NCBI GenBank assembly: GCA_964255105.1
Contig: CAXUWE010000010.1
Location: forward strand, 1-34,155
Reading direction: 5' to 3'
Length of the DNA stretch: 34,155 nucleotides
DNA from: Porpidia crustulata
Taxonomy: Eukaryota
Translations under genes and position numbers: made by a program
The notes under the pieces: model-generated
Database searches by the model: none
What the model saw: the letters and a program-made list of their open reading frames with translations, nothing else
Told to the model about the DNA's origin: nothing
Shown here: positions 11,464 to 25,235 of the stretch, piece by piece
How the letters are laid out: each line of letters opens with the position of its first letter
Position numbering within the stretch: position 1 is the stretch's first letter

Positions 11464-14400
11464 ATGACACGACCATCAACACCTCAGATCCTGGCGGAAC
11501 TCCGAAGTCCCTCATCTTCCGCAAGTCAAGTTGCTGCACTGAGGGCCCTCAAGAATGAGATTGTTGGTCATGACCAGAAAAAGGAGATGTGGGTTGCTCT
11601 GGGGGTGTTGGCGCCTATAAAACGTATCTTGAACTCGCACAAGGGAGTTGGGAAGAGAAGACATCGCGATAGCAATGGAGATTCATGCCAAGTAAAGCGA
11701 AAAGGGTGTCGTACTGAGGAAGAGGAAGCTCGTCTCCAAGCCATCATAGTTGTTGGTAGTTTGGCGTACGGTCAGTCAGACTAGCCCCGCTTCCTCACGA
11801 TGACTTTGAAATTTCAGTCTGATTCTGAATCTCTGCCATAATTTTAGGAGGTCCTGCCTACATCAACCCTCTCAATGCTGGCGGCGTTATTGGTCCGTTA
11901 CTGGATGTGCTCTCGCCACTCGAGACATCTCCATCAGCTGTCCTCGCTTCGCTCAGAACCCTTAATACTGTGGCAGGTTCGCTCTTATTAGAGTTGACAA
12001 GAAGAGATGCAAGCCCTGATGGATTGATTGGTTTACTATACACAGATACACATCTCAGGAGTTTGACTCAACTGCTTTCACAGGATTCTACCTCTTTAGT
12101 GGTCCAGCAACAAATTGCCCTGACGGCTACATTGATAACAAAAACATGCCAGAATGAGATTCAGCGTGCAATTATTGCCCGAAGCGGCGTACTTGAAGCT
12201 TTAGCGAGCAAACTTGCTTCATTTGTCGTTGCTACAGGATGTTCTTTGACAACATCCACTGCCGAGCATGATAACCCTCATTCCGCAATCGCGAGGTCTA
12301 GATTAGCACCAATCCTAGAAGCAGTAGGCGGCATCATACAGAATTCGAACCTTCGTGCTGATCAATTTTTAAATGCACCTGCTTTGGCTGCTGTATTTCC
12401 CAAGGTCGAACTTGACGCAAAATCCCAGCAGAGGAGCGCGGCCATGTGGGCATCCTACAACTCCACTTCTGTTGGGGCTTGTCGATGGTCAGCTAACCAA
12501 ATGGAAAGTCTTCTGCCGCAGCTACCAAATCTGCATCAACGGGCTTCGCCTGCGTCGGCATCGAATTATCCGCCCCTCGGAGCTATTGGAACCTTCGGGA
12601 AATATCCGCCGGCTCTACATAACAACAGTCCAGCTCACGAAAACCCAGATATGATTGACGATAACGAAAGCCCCCTGGTTGCCTGGCTTATCTATATCGT
12701 ACGAGGAGAGAAGGGTATGACAAGGCTTATGGCTGCATGGCTCCTCGCAATATTATACCGTTCTGGATTTGCCAACAGGCGAAGAGAAACAAGCTTCGCT
12801 TTTTTACTAGTACCATTACTTGTCCGTATGCTTGATAGGGATTTGGAGACCGCCCCTGGACCCTTTGATCGATGTGATACTAGCGTTCTTACTACCCCTG
12901 ATTGGGCACTCAAGGAACAAGCCCCTGCTGTCCTAGCTATGCTAGCTGTAGACAGCAATGAATTACAACGCGCTGCCGTCGATGCTGGGGCTATTAAGAA
13001 GCTCTCCCAATTGTTAAAGGAATCGTACGATCCACTGCCGCCGTGTTCTTCGACATCGTTGTGGGCGCCAGACGGGAATTTCGTGGAAACGATGGAACCA
13101 AAGGGCGACGAGTCAAAGTTGGGAGCCGGTGGGCTCTCGGCCGCGTCTTTTCATGTCACCAAGTTGAGGGAAGTAGTCCTTATAGCACTAGCAGCACTGG
13201 CGTCGCTGAAAGATGAATATAGGAAATTAATTATAGATAATGGGGTGGTACCTTTTGTGATCGAATCCTTGAAGCCCCATAGTATAATACCAATGTCGTC
13301 TGCCAACGCATCCTCAACCGCGGATCAGTTCTCGCAAGATAAAAAGGTCATGAATCCAAGGCACGTGATACTAGCGGCTTGTGGAACGGCAAGGGGGCTT
13401 TCTAGGTCTGTCAGCACTCTCAGAACGGATCTCATGGACGCCGGTCTAGCTGCTCCTCTCTTCGTTCTTCTGAGGCATTCAGATATTGACGTTCAAGTTT
13501 CGGCCACTGCTGTCATTTGTAACCTAGTCCTGGAATTTAGCCCAATGCGAGAGGTGAGTCTATCCTTGGTTGTAGCTCAGTCGCTCTGCCGACTCATTAA
13601 ATCGATGCAGGCAATACTTCAAGCCGATATTCTGAAGGTTCTGTGTGAACACGCGCACTCCATGATTGCAGAACTGCGACTGAACTCCGTATGGGCACTA
13701 AAGCATCTTGTCCTTGGGGCGCCTAATTCCCTCAAAATCAAATGTCTTGAGGAACTTGGACCAGGCTGGTTGAAGCAGATTATTTCGAATGATACGGATG
13801 ACTTTGCGATACTCTCCGGACCCCGAGGAGATCAAGACACGGATTCAAGAACCCCTGTAACGATGGGTACTCCGAATGCGGCGGGAGAACAAGTCGATCT
13901 ACTCAATGCTGTAGAGAATAGTTCGAGGGAGTCCAGCCAGGCTTTTGATGATGACGGCGATGAAGATTTCAAAATGGTAGACAGTATCGGAGCTTTGAGT
14001 CGACCTCACTATGAACACATATCCAACCTACTCCTTAGCGATCAGCATGACTCTCATGTGAACGAGGCAGGAATAATCAAAAGACACGATATAGAGCATC
14101 AGGGCCTTGATCTACTTCGGAATATTCTTGCTGGTCAAGGGGCAGCTGATATGATTGATTATATTCTCCGTGAATTTGGACAGGACACGCTATTCGAGCT
14201 CCTTGCCAATAAACTCCGGCCTAGGTTTCTTAATACTTTTACCCGTGAAAGAAAATCGGTCGAAAATGGGGTCAGGCAAGTACAGCCGCCGACCACTATC
14301 ATTATCCCCGTATTATACATAATCGTACATATTGCGGCCGGCCTTCCCAGACATCGGCAATTGCTCGTCTCCCAATCAGAACTTCTGAAGTTGGTTGTCC

Positions 14401-14633
14401 CGCTCTTTACCCACACGGATCCAGAAGTCCGATGTCCCTGTGCATGGATCGTCATCAACGCAAGCTGGCATGATAATTCTGCGGACTTACCCAACAGCAG
14501 ATCACGGGCCCGGGAATTAGTAAAGCTCGGTTTCTACGAGCAGCTCGAAGCGATCGAGACTGATCAATCACTCGATGTAAGAGAACGGACAAGGACTGCA
14601 CTTACCCAAATGGCCACTTTACTTAGGTCATAG
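11464..14633 (+). CDS. Armadillo-repeat protein, ARMC8/Vid28 (Gid5)-like GID E3 complex subunit (about 1011 aa; exons 11464-11770, 11848-13553, 13611-14633)
   Basis: N-terminal ALRALKNEIVGHDQKK; ARM motifs ARGLSRSVSTLRT, ATAVICNLVLEFSPMRE, LRLNSVWALKHL; C-terminal SLDVRER. Introns 11771-11847 and 13554-13610. Confidence 0.85.
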
Positions 14634-15103
14634 AGGATCTCTCGGAGAGATCTTTGTACATGAATGAGCCAATGCGTGGATCAAAAACCTTTCGTCGGTC
14701 TTAGCAGCATACTAGTTATTCTTTGGACATGAGAAATTGGCTTTGGCGTATCGTGCACTTCGGTTCTTCTCGAAGGGCTTATTCAACTGCGATGGGTAGG
14801 TAGCTTTCAATTGGGCCGAATGCTGTTCATCTCCTTGCGGACATTCCCCATTCCCATGTTTACTCAAAGTTAGCGCGGGAGTATCATAAGTCTGATGGCG
14901 TCGTATTCTCGTCAAGGTATATAAACTGTAAAAATTGAAACTTGACCAACGAAAAACAATTGCTGAGAAGTATCATGACGTAGGCTGGCAGCATCTACTG
15001 CAGCAAGCTGATTGCGAACGTGTTCAATTTTGGCCACCATGATTTCTTGGTGGATGAAAGTTGACCTCGATAATTTCAGCTCATTATAGAATGTTCTTCG
15101 AAG

Positions 15104-16147
15104 ATGAGACTGGATCCCGCCATCATTCGTGCCCTATCTCTTGATGAGTCTATTACTTCCGTTGCTAAGTATGGGGGCTCCGGCTTCACAGCCACGGCCA
15201 AGATCAGCACAAAATTCGATGATGGTACTGATCAGCATTACTTTCTCAAGATTGGCCGAGGAAAAGAGTCAGAGATAATGTTCAAAGGTGAGCATGCTTC
15301 GCTAAATGCCATCAACAGCGCAGTGCCATCCTTATGCCCTGCGTCGCTAGCCACTTCCGTACTTGATGATCTAAGCGGTGCGTTTCTTGTTACACAATTC
15401 TTAAATTTCAATTTGCTTTCTTCACCAGTATCTACCGGGAAAATCTCTGGTCTCTCGCTAGCTGCAAAGCTCGCCAAGCTTACACAAATCGCGCACCAAT
15501 ACCGGAGGGGTTCTCCAGAGCGGTGTTTGGCTTTCCCGTGACTACGTGTTGCGGTAATACGGCGCAGTCGAATGGCTATCGAGAGAGCTGGGCTGATTTC
15601 TACGCGGAAAATCGACTTCTTGCGATTCTTGAGAAAGTTGAACGGACTAATGGTAAATACACCGGACTTCGAGTTTTGGTCGAAGACATCGCCACCCATA
15701 TTGTGCCAAAGCTTCTTGAAGAAAAGCATTTGAATCATGGCAAAGGCATTATCCCTGTGGTAGTCCATGGAGATCTATGGTTGGGGAATACAGGGAAAGG
15801 AAGTATAGGCGGAGAGGAAGCACTAGAAGACGTCATTTTCGACCCTAGTTCATGTTACGCTCACTCCGAATATGAACTAGGGATCATGAAGATGTTCGGT
15901 GGGTTTGAGGGGCCTTTCATCAATGAATTCCACCGGCTCTGTCCAAAGACTGAGCCGGTGGAGGAGTACGATGATAGGGTCAGCTTATATGAGCTGTAGG
16001 TTGTGGATTCGATGCTTTTGGAAGTATGCTGACACGCCCCTCAGATACCACTGTCTGAATCATTATGCTATTTTCGGAGGCGGCTACAAGTCGAGCGCGG
16101 TCTCTATCATGATAGATCTCTCTAGTAAATACGGCGCGGAGGGCTAA
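15104..16147 (+). pseudogene. Fructosamine/ketosamine-3-kinase family gene with a 1-nt frameshift (pseudogene or sequence error)
   Basis: Motifs GGSGF, MFKGEHASLNAI, FGFPVTTCCG, VVHGDLWLGN, FDPSSCYAHSEYELGIMKMFGGF. Intron 15996-16044. Spliced length is 995 nt, and one base is missing near 15481. Confidence 0.8.
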
Positions 16148-16926
16148 GTAGTAGCTAGTGGTCTCACATCGCTACATGTTTCCTTCGGGGAAATTATGGG
16201 CCAATAAGGAATATCTATCTGCGCGAACCTTTCGTAAGCGGAGGCAATGTCATAGAAATTCTGATGCAGAGTACATTCAATACTAAGCTTTTTGACAATG
16301 CGCGATCCTGGCTCGCAATTATCGAGAATGAGGATCATCGATTCATCTGATTTATGAAGTTGTGAAGGAATTAGTTGGATCCGTGGAACGCTAGCCTGTA
16401 GTCGAATTGTTGATAGGGCACCGCTGTCAATTGTGAGTTGTGTGAGGAATTTGGATCCAGTATGCACTCCAAAAAAGTGAATCAATCTCACCAGTTGTTG
16501 TAACAGAGCAGCTCACAAATGCCTGAACTTCAACGCCTGGTAGTGTTGAGACCAGCCCGTGCCCTTTGAACCAACTTCGGATGCTGATGTCTTGATAGCC
16601 ATAAGGGGTCATAAACAAAGTCTGGCTAGGACAGAAGCACAAAAATAGATGCTCACCGACTTCGAGGTTGAAGTGACGAGTGTTGGTAAATCACGTACCT
16701 GCTTACCGTCGCAGCTAAGGTATCATATCAGCAGCGCGCTTAAACAAGCCGCGTCAAGTACCTTGCGACCGCCAAGTCTTTTGGAATACCCTACGGCCGA
16801 CTCTGATGCTATCCCTGAACTCGTGGCGAACATCATTGATCACGATAGATCCTGCGTAGGACTATGGTCCGAAAAGGCTCGGAATGTTCGATCAAGAATT
16901 GCACTGTGGACTCATAACTCGCTTTG

Positions 16927-17777
16927 ATGGCTCTCCGTTGTCGGGCAATAGATGATGCTCAGCTCACCAAGAGGCAGAAATCTTCTGCGGGCTTCTTGAG
17001 TATTCCACCAGAACTACGGCTCAAAATCTATGGCCTTGTTCTCACTGGTTCGAGCTACCACATTCTATCAGATAAACCTCTATCAAATGATAGGGTGATA
17101 CGAAAGTCTGTTCGCTGCTTTATGCCTCCTGGCGCAGGGGCTAGCCAGCACGCATACTGCTTTGATGCTACAGAGCCTATCAATCTCTGCTTGCTAATGA
17201 CATGTCGAATCGTTTATAAGGAAGCCTCGCTTATGCCTTATGCAGGCAATACCTTCAAGTTCATACAAGGACCTGAAGCCTACAGACTGTTCGTTGCAAA
17301 TAGGACGTTGCAGCAACTACAACAGATTCGGTCAATGGAAATCGTCAGCGAAGGGCCACGTTATGGGGAGAAAAAGCGTGAAGATATCTGGCTTAATATG
17401 TGCACCACAATGGAGTCAATGACGAATCTAAAGCACCTAAGGCTTGCGCTGTGGATGGTATAGTCCCTAAATCTACTGTCTTGGCCTTATCTACATCTGT
17501 TGATATGCCTGCTGAATGCCCCCACCAGGATCCCTTCGAAGCTTCCGGCATCAATGCTTGGCAATGGGGCTCGCGCCTCTACGATTCTTCAATCTCGCCA
17601 TTTTCGCTTTCAGATCACTGGGTATCATTATTACTACGTATCCGAGGACTGGAGACCTTTGAGCTCACCTACTACTGTGGGATGAGTATGCCAGGGAAGT
17701 CAGAGTGGATTATCCCATTCATCAAATTAATTAAATTTGCGATGCTAAACGGGACGAAGGAGATTCGTGAGAGATAA
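16927..17777 (+). CDS. F-box-like fungal protein (about 259 aa; exons 16927-17457, 17529-17777)
   Basis: FLSIPPELRLKIYGLVL and LLMTCRIVYKEASLMPYAGNTFKF are typical of fungal F-box-like orphan families. Predicted phase-0 intron 17458-17528 (GTATAG...CAG). Confidence 0.65.
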
Positions 17778-18242
17778 GCAACATATAAATAATTCAAAGA
17801 GCGGTCAATCGTGCAAGCGTATTCAAGTGGCGTTTTGGTCAGCTACCATTGTCCATTTCCTCATTCTTGAAATTACTCTACAATCATTTAGAAAGTCCTG
17901 TTTCGACGTAGGTCCTCATTATTAAGATCTTCTAACGAACAAAGCAAGTCAGTCACTCCCGGAGACCAACGACAGACGTGGCAGCGTGGTCAGTTCGTAT
18001 GGATCCTCTTTGATATATTAAAGAAACATTTTCGCGACAAGAATTATCAAAGAGCGCCTCGCATATAGCGCAATTAGTCATTGATCAATAGCATCCTCAT
18101 GATCAATTGTATAGTGTTCAAGTGTTTGGAGTCCAGATCCTTTGTGTCCGCCGACTATTTGCCTCCTGTATCTCGATTCTATTGTGATGGCAGAAATACA
18201 CTCTTTTACATAGAATTCCCTTTCTTGCACCCTGAATATCCG

Positions 18243-18854
18243 CTACGGCTCAGCAGCCTGCTCTATTGGCTCAGGGATAATCATGAAATCATCACTCGTG
18301 TGATAAAGAGCAAACATTGCTATGGCAACCTCATCTTCATGGGCATAATCAAGGGCTTCGTACTTTCGGTACGAAACCACAACGTTAGGCGGCGGGTTGC
18401 TCTTGCCAAAGACCGCGCAAAGCGAATCATCAGCAGGCGGCTGACCCTCATGTCGGAAGATGCCTTGAACATGACTAATAGCGACCGGACAGTTTCGAAA
18501 TTGGCATCGTGGAGGAACCCATCCCACAGGGTAAGCTTCGGGGTTGGCTTCCATGATTGCTGCAATGGCGCGTCCTCGCTCCTCTGCGCGGATACAATTT
18601 CGAGCAGCGAAGGACGCCCAAGGATCTGTATCGAGAACACTGTTCAAGAGGATGCTGCGTTCAGATAGCTCCATGCGAGGTAGAAGAAGCGTTTTCTGAT
18701 TTTCCGGTGCCCGAATAACACTGCCCAATCTTCGTGTAGATGCAATCTGCGCTCTCGAGGGAATGGCGATCTGCGGAGAGGCTACGAAAGATCGTCGTGG
18801 CATGTGCAATATACTACGCTCCTCCGCTTGGATTCGACGACGGGGATCCGTCAT
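18243..18854 (-). CDS. Orphan protein (203 aa)
   Basis: ATG-started ORF with protein-like composition and a C-x4-C-x5-H motif (PPRCQFRNCPVAISH). No family recognised. Confidence 0.45.
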   Translation of the reverse strand: MTDPRRRIQAEERSILHMPRRSFVASPQIAIPSRAQIASTRRLGSVIRAPENQKTLLLPRMELSERSILLNSVLDTDPWASFAARNCIRAEERGRAIAAIMEANPEAYPVGWVPPRCQFRNCPVAISHVQGIFRHEGQPPADDSLCAVFGKSNPPPNVVVSYRKYEALDYAHEDEVAIAMFALYHTSDDFMIIPEPIEQAAEP

Positions 18855-21772
18855 GTTGAAGCTACTGGAGAAGCTGGCAATTGTAGATGACTCGAGGCTA
18901 GATTCTTGAAAGAAGAAGAATTCAAGAGCTGACCAGCAGACTTCTCCAAGTTGACTTATTAGCGATTCATTGATTTCGTTGAGAACAAAGAGAAATCATG
19001 ACAATGCTCCAAGGACAATGTTCAAGAAAACTATGATCTAGCAGCTTTCGATTTTCTTTCATGCTTCATTGATTGCTTTGCAATGCTCATAATGGCTGAT
19101 GCTATAAGCACGAGAGATACTGACCTAGAGTGAGTGATAATTGAAGGAGAAATCTTAATGGCCTTGTGAAACTATCAGGTCGACTCTGGATATGCATCAT
19201 CGGTGCAACTTCATGCGAAAGCCTTAAAATGTACGCTATTCATGATGCGAAATGGGATACTGCATCTCCAAAAAAAAATCTGCAATCGTGTAAAACCACA
19301 TTTCTTTTAGACAAGGCATCCCTACAGCTAGACACCTCGAAGTATGGACTTAAAACCATTTCCATTCTCAGCTTCATCGCCAGAACGGATCTTACTGGCC
19401 GCAGTGCAAAGGCGACCGATCAAATTCAAGTGGTTTCACTGTATTTCTTTTCATTTTCGGCAATCGTGCGCACTTATGACAAGACTGAATACTAATCAGG
19501 GCAACAATTTCTCATTGTAGGAACATATCTAGTCGGTCTAAGGTTTGGATTGGTTTTTTCTATGCCCCTACGTTAATAAAGCCGCCCAGAGTTCGCTCAT
19601 GCCTGGTCATTCCCTCCAACCCCTTAGCAGGCTTGATTTATGGTATGAGCCCTTGACTCTCATTTCAATCACCCATACACAAATCTAGGGAATTGTGCGA
19701 TCTTTATATTTGTAGCGCAGGTCCATAAACTTCAGTAAGTAAGACATAGTCAGAAGCGCTCTTTTCCATATATACCTGGCGGTAGCAGTCTAAGTGTTAT
19801 CCTCACGAAGATTCGCTACCTTTATAGACAGTGGTGCCACATCACTGTTGCTCAAATGGCCGACAGCGCTTGGGAGCTCAGCACAAATTCCTTTTTGTGC
19901 TAATTGAGTATTGTTGCCTTAGACGAGTCTGAGTTAATCTGTGTGCAGGGAGAGATTGAGCCGTCAGAAATGAATATACGGACGACAAATTGGATAAAAG
20001 GCGATGCGTTCGCCTCAGGCGCTTTGCAAACGAGAAAACCTACCTTTTTAGCAGCTCTTCCATCTTCTTCAAATAGATCATCAGAAGGCCTTTCTGGAAA
20101 AATCCAAGAAAACAGAGGGACGATCTTCTTCTCTTGAAGATTTGAAGAAAGCAGATGTGATCTTGCAGGCGGAAAGCAAAGCAAAAGGTAAATCGACAGC
20201 TGTGTCACGACCACACGACTACACGACCACAGTGACCCTTCCAAACCATACCAATTTCGAGAGACCAGCAAGCTAGACACCTTTGATGGCGATGGCGAAA
20301 ACCATCAATGGGGAAGGTAACACAACTGAATCAATTACGCATACCAGCGGTGAACAATTTTTAGCTCCATCGAGCTCTGACAGATGGTATTGCGGACAAA
20401 GGTCAACGTAGGCTTATTATGATGGAAGATTTATGCACGGAGCTGATTTCTGTAGTCTTCGAAGAGCACTTGCTTGATTCTGAGTGGCAACTTGGATTGT
20501 ACCAGGACGAGGGGGTCAATATATGGAGTACTTATGGCATGGAAAGTAATCACGCGTCAATCAGATGGCCCAGACAAATCAAGCACTCCCTGGAGCGTCC
20601 CTACAAAGTAGCCGAGGTTGTTTCACTGCTTTGGTCTGATATTCTGCACCTACGGACGACTGAGAAGATGGAATCCTTTACTTTGAACGCCCGCGCTTTG
20701 CAGAAGCATCGTAGCGTTGGACATAAATACATAACGACAACGAACATTCTGCAAGGCCATTGGTCTCTAGAGACGAGTCCGGATGGGAATTTTCTGCAGG
20801 GCATTACTGCAGGGCAGTCCAGAGTATGGGAAGAGCGAGTTATGCTTATCAGTCAGAAGCTCGGGAGTTGCTATATTAGTGGGTTTCTTATTTGTAAGAT
20901 CTCCGCATAGATTGACGATAGGGCCATAGTACTTCTTCTGTGAGACCCATTACCAATGGCAGCAGACGAGATGACTGGAACTGCAGCGGCTCTGCGAAAA
21001 CACAACGCCTAACGGGCCGTAGAACCTGGTGCCTTCGGATATAGATTGCATGGCTCCTGACGTATGTTATCGTGGCATTCCTACTGAGGCTCTATCTTCC
21101 CAGGCGCCTTCAACATCGAATAAATACCAATGCTCTTCCGAAGCCTCGTACTGGGCGATCCCACAGTCTTTTACTATCCTCCAGTCGCTCTACCATAAGA
21201 GGCTGATCAGTAGCGTTTAAATGTATTCCAGCCACAATTGTACTATTAGAAAATACCCACATGTGATATATTACTCTTCGGGGGCACTCGGTTCGTTCTA
21301 CAGTTGGCTTGGCTCAGGATTACCTCTGTGTTCCCCGAATTCTACCTGGGGTTCTGGGTTTGTCTCTCAGAAAAGAAAGGTTCAGATGTGTGATATTGTC
21401 ATCACTCATAAGCTCGTATTTCAACTTCGATCTCGATACAAGAGTCCGGTTAACCGGCATCACTTCCATTTCTTTTGTTCGAATCGTTCTATCAAGCTAT
21501 GCCTTCATTAACTATCAGCTCTTTTGTTTGGCAGGATCGGGAATCTGACAAAAGATGGGAGATGAGAGACTAGCACGATGGTAGAAATTGTTGAGGGCTT
21601 CATTAGAATATTTACAGATACGCGAATATGTCTCATATGCTAAACTCTGCCCGCGACTAAGACATCCTACAAGCGAGCACTGTAATGCATCGCAGATGCC
21701 ATACCAAAATTATCGGCCAGCTCCTCTTCTCCTCTCGGGACTGTGTGATTGAAACCCTTCGCACTTAGTTCC

Positions 21773-24720
21773 TCAGGCACTCACTCGTTGGTAGAAGAGC
21801 AAGTAAGCGACCTTATTGTCCTTCACCGAGGAGCGTCCAATAGGGGTGATTTTTCCAGATGAAAGAGCTGGTGTAGCAATTCCATTCACGACACCGGACC
21901 ACTGTTTTTTCGCTGCTGACCCTGAAGCCACGCCATTGACTTGGTTCCACCCTTTCCCCGACCAAGCTTGCTCCTCACCCTCGGAGGTAAATCCATCATA
22001 AAAGTTGTCGCTTGAACTTTGATCGTTCTTGTGCTGTTCTAGAGCAGCGGCAAGAACTTTTGGGTCTTCCTCGCTACCTCCTTCAGCAACGTCTTCATTT
22101 CGAACGCGGCGAATAATTGTATCATCAAGCCTAATCCATTCTCGGCCATCTTGACGTCGAACGTCAACGGTATAGTGGCCTCCACTTGCGGTCTTGCCAT
22201 GATGATAGACGACTCCAATCAGACGATATTTCGGCAGGCCTCCATGAGCTATCAAGCCACCTCTCTTGTGTTGAGGGAATACTTCTTTGGGTATTTCAAG
22301 CTCAAGCGGATAGCCAACCTTCTTCCAGATCTTTTGCGTGCCTCCAGTATTGTCATACTGGAAGCGCTTGAGATGAAGGATCAGGACCGGTGGAAGAGTC
22401 TCAATAGTCACCTGCTTCGTTGCTAGAGCACCTGGCCCTCGAGGAGAGTGGAAGTCTCCATGTAAAGTCTCAGGTCTAGTCAGACCTTTCAACGCGTCAA
22501 CGATATTGTTGACCTGAGGTGCACCAATATCAAGTTGGAGAGGCTGATAAGGCTCTAGTGTCACCGAATTCTTCATGCCTGGCACCCTCAACTCGGACCG
22601 AAGCTTTCCGCCAAAAATCTTAGTAATTGGTGATTCTGTAATGATTGCACCTGATGACCGAGTGATTGCTGATTTCTGCTTCGGCCCTACTTCAAGCCAG
22701 CCGCCATCACCTGCCGTAGTGGACTCAGTAGAATTGCTGACCGGAGACACAACACCGTTCGTTGGGGTCGAAGCGCCAGATGAAGTTTTGCTATTTGCTG
22801 ATTTCATAGCTCTACTACACTCATCGTGCATTTCCTCTAAAAGAAATCCAAGAAACTCCTCCGCATCCTGTTGGTGTCCACGCTAGCAGAACTTCGAATT
22901 AGCAAAGATTATCCAAGATTGGGAATGGCTTACCCTCATGGAGGAGAACCGTGGTAAGCGTCTAATGACCTCGTAGACAAACTCGGGAGTGAAGGCCTCG
23001 CCATATTGCTCGAGCTCATTGTCTCTCAACCGCATCCGTAACTGCTCGACAGATACTGCAGAATCAATTACGGAAAATTCGCGCATGAACATTATCCTAG
23101 GAACAACAAAATTTAGTATGAGACACGACTGACTGCGCTGCTGCGCGCTTACATTGCATCAACCAATGGAGTATCACTTTTGAAGCTGTGCACTGCTCGC
23201 CTCCCGATCTTCTCAAGACAATCGTAGAATGGAATGCAAAAAACTAGTATTTGTAGGACCTGAATTGGGGGTTAACGATGGAGATGATTTGTAGGAAAGT
23301 AAAGACTGCTGCACAGTGACTTACGGAATTCATATAGCACATATTCCCGGTATTGATGAGTCCTCTTGGCTCCAAGAAGGAGATTTTGGAGTCACCATTA
23401 CCGCCGTTCATCGAGAACGAGCTTAGTACATTAGCCAAAGATCCGGACTTTGAAGAAGTAAAACCGTTGGCTTGCGTATCCCCACCATGAAGGACCTTGC
23501 CTGGGTTGACTGCTGCAGGAGTCTTAACAAGGTCTGCCCATCTTCTTGGTGCGGCTTTCCCCGGCGGAGATACGAAGCGGGTCGTGGGATCTGATACTAC
23601 CAGCGAGGCTTGGCCGTTAGCAGTATCAATTGCTGCTATGGCATGTGCCGTCTGGGCTGTGGCTGTTGGCAAGGATTGCGCAATCCCTTTTGAATCCGAG
23701 GCAATGCTGACGGAAACTCGTTTAGTGGGCCGCGCAGCTATGGGGACATTGAGGACAACGGGGACGATTGGGATAATAGGAAACGCTGCTCGAGTCAATG
23801 ATTTAGTATTTTGAGCTTGGTTTCCCGAGGGCGCTGGTATGACAACAGAGGATGGTGTAGTTGGTTGCGTGGAGTCTGATTCTGAGGGTGCATGTGATGT
23901 TTGGGGGGTTTCGAGGTATTGTTGCACGGGTATGTTATTTTGCGGCTGATCCGTCAGGAGATCTTCGGGGGGGTCTGCCGTCATGTTTTCTTGTAGGGGT
24001 TCCGATGTAAGATCATTATCTGATTCTGCCTTGATACCTTCTGTAGCCTTGATGGCTGGAACAGACCCATCTCTCGTCGGCAATTCAACGGCTATGCTAG
24101 AAGACTGTGGAGCTCGCCGTTGTCGGCGTCGGCGTGGTATTCTTGGGGGTAAAGAGCCTTCAGCAAAGGAATACCAGGGCAACTGCTTTTCATTAGCGCC
24201 TTTACTGGTGGATTGCTCCCAATAGTAGACCTACGGGAGGATAATATGGCATCCGCCGAGAGGGCGGCGAAGGGGGTGTTGTCGAAACTAGGTGTGGGTT
24301 CGGTGTACTTGGCGGCGGTATAGATGGCACATGTAGCGATGTTGTTGAAGATGAAGGAGAAAGCATGTCTTGATGGGAGTGAATTGAAGACGAAGAGGGC
24401 GCGTGGTATGGTGGATGTGGATGGTGCTGTACAGGCGGTTGATGTTGTTGTTGCACCTGGTATGGGGCATTTACCATCGGCGAATAGTGCGGATATGGCC
24501 TTGCCATTGGATGTTGGTATTGGTACCATTGCGGTGGAGGCTGCTGCTGGAAGTGCTGTGGAGGAGGGCCGTGGGAGTATTGGGGCTGCTGATAGCCGTG
24601 GTAGAACTGCGGATGGTGCGAAGACGATGGAGGGGTGTATGCCAGCTCGTGCGGTCTTCGGCCATTATAGAGAGGTATAGCTGGCTGAACATGAGATATT
24701 GGCGGAAGATGACTGTTCAT
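21773..24720 (-). CDS. UBP3: Ubiquitin-specific protease UBP3/USP10 (907 aa; exons 24720-24235, 24182-23325, 23259-23153, 23096-22934, 22882-21773)
   Basis: Cys box EPRGLINTGNMCYMNSVLQIL, GHQQDAEEFLGF, LPPVLILHLKRF, His box VVYHHGKTASGGHYTVDV, AYLLFYQR. Pro/His/Gln-rich N-terminus with LPWYS and WADLV motifs. Four GT-AG introns. Confidence 0.93.
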
Positions 24721-25235
24721 CACGGTTGAGGAAGCCGTGACAGGCTTCCAGCTGGCCGACTGTCAGCCCCGATGAGTTCTGCCAGTACTTCTCTGCGTGC
24801 TGATGAATTTTCAAATGCTCCGCTGATATGCATTGACTTCGGAATAAGTAGGTCTCAACCCTCAAGTAGTAATATCCTATGATGGGTGAACTGATCGCGT
24901 CACGAACGTTATTATCATTCAGTTGCAGCGTTTTTAGTATGGAGATGATAATATGAATCCACCGACAGACCAGAATTCACAAGATCCCGCGACAGGGGAC
25001 TCGACTTTAGATACAAGCAAATTCGTTTACGGGCAGAGTTGGAAAGGCTGAAGTAGATTCAGAAAGCACATTGTTATTACTACGTTATTATGATGACAAC
25101 GGGGTGAGTTTGACTGATCAATTGTGCCCATACGGAGCGCCTAGTTGTCCGCAGTCGCAGAAAGACACTGTTTACTTGTGGGGAGGCTGTAGGTGGTCAC
25201 CTAGAAAATATCCTAGGCAGGTTAGTAGCTGGCTT

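Noticed and set aside
24092..24729. Several overlapping ORFs at the 5' end of UBP3
   Set aside because: The Pro/His/Gln-rich coding sequence is stop-poor in the other frames.
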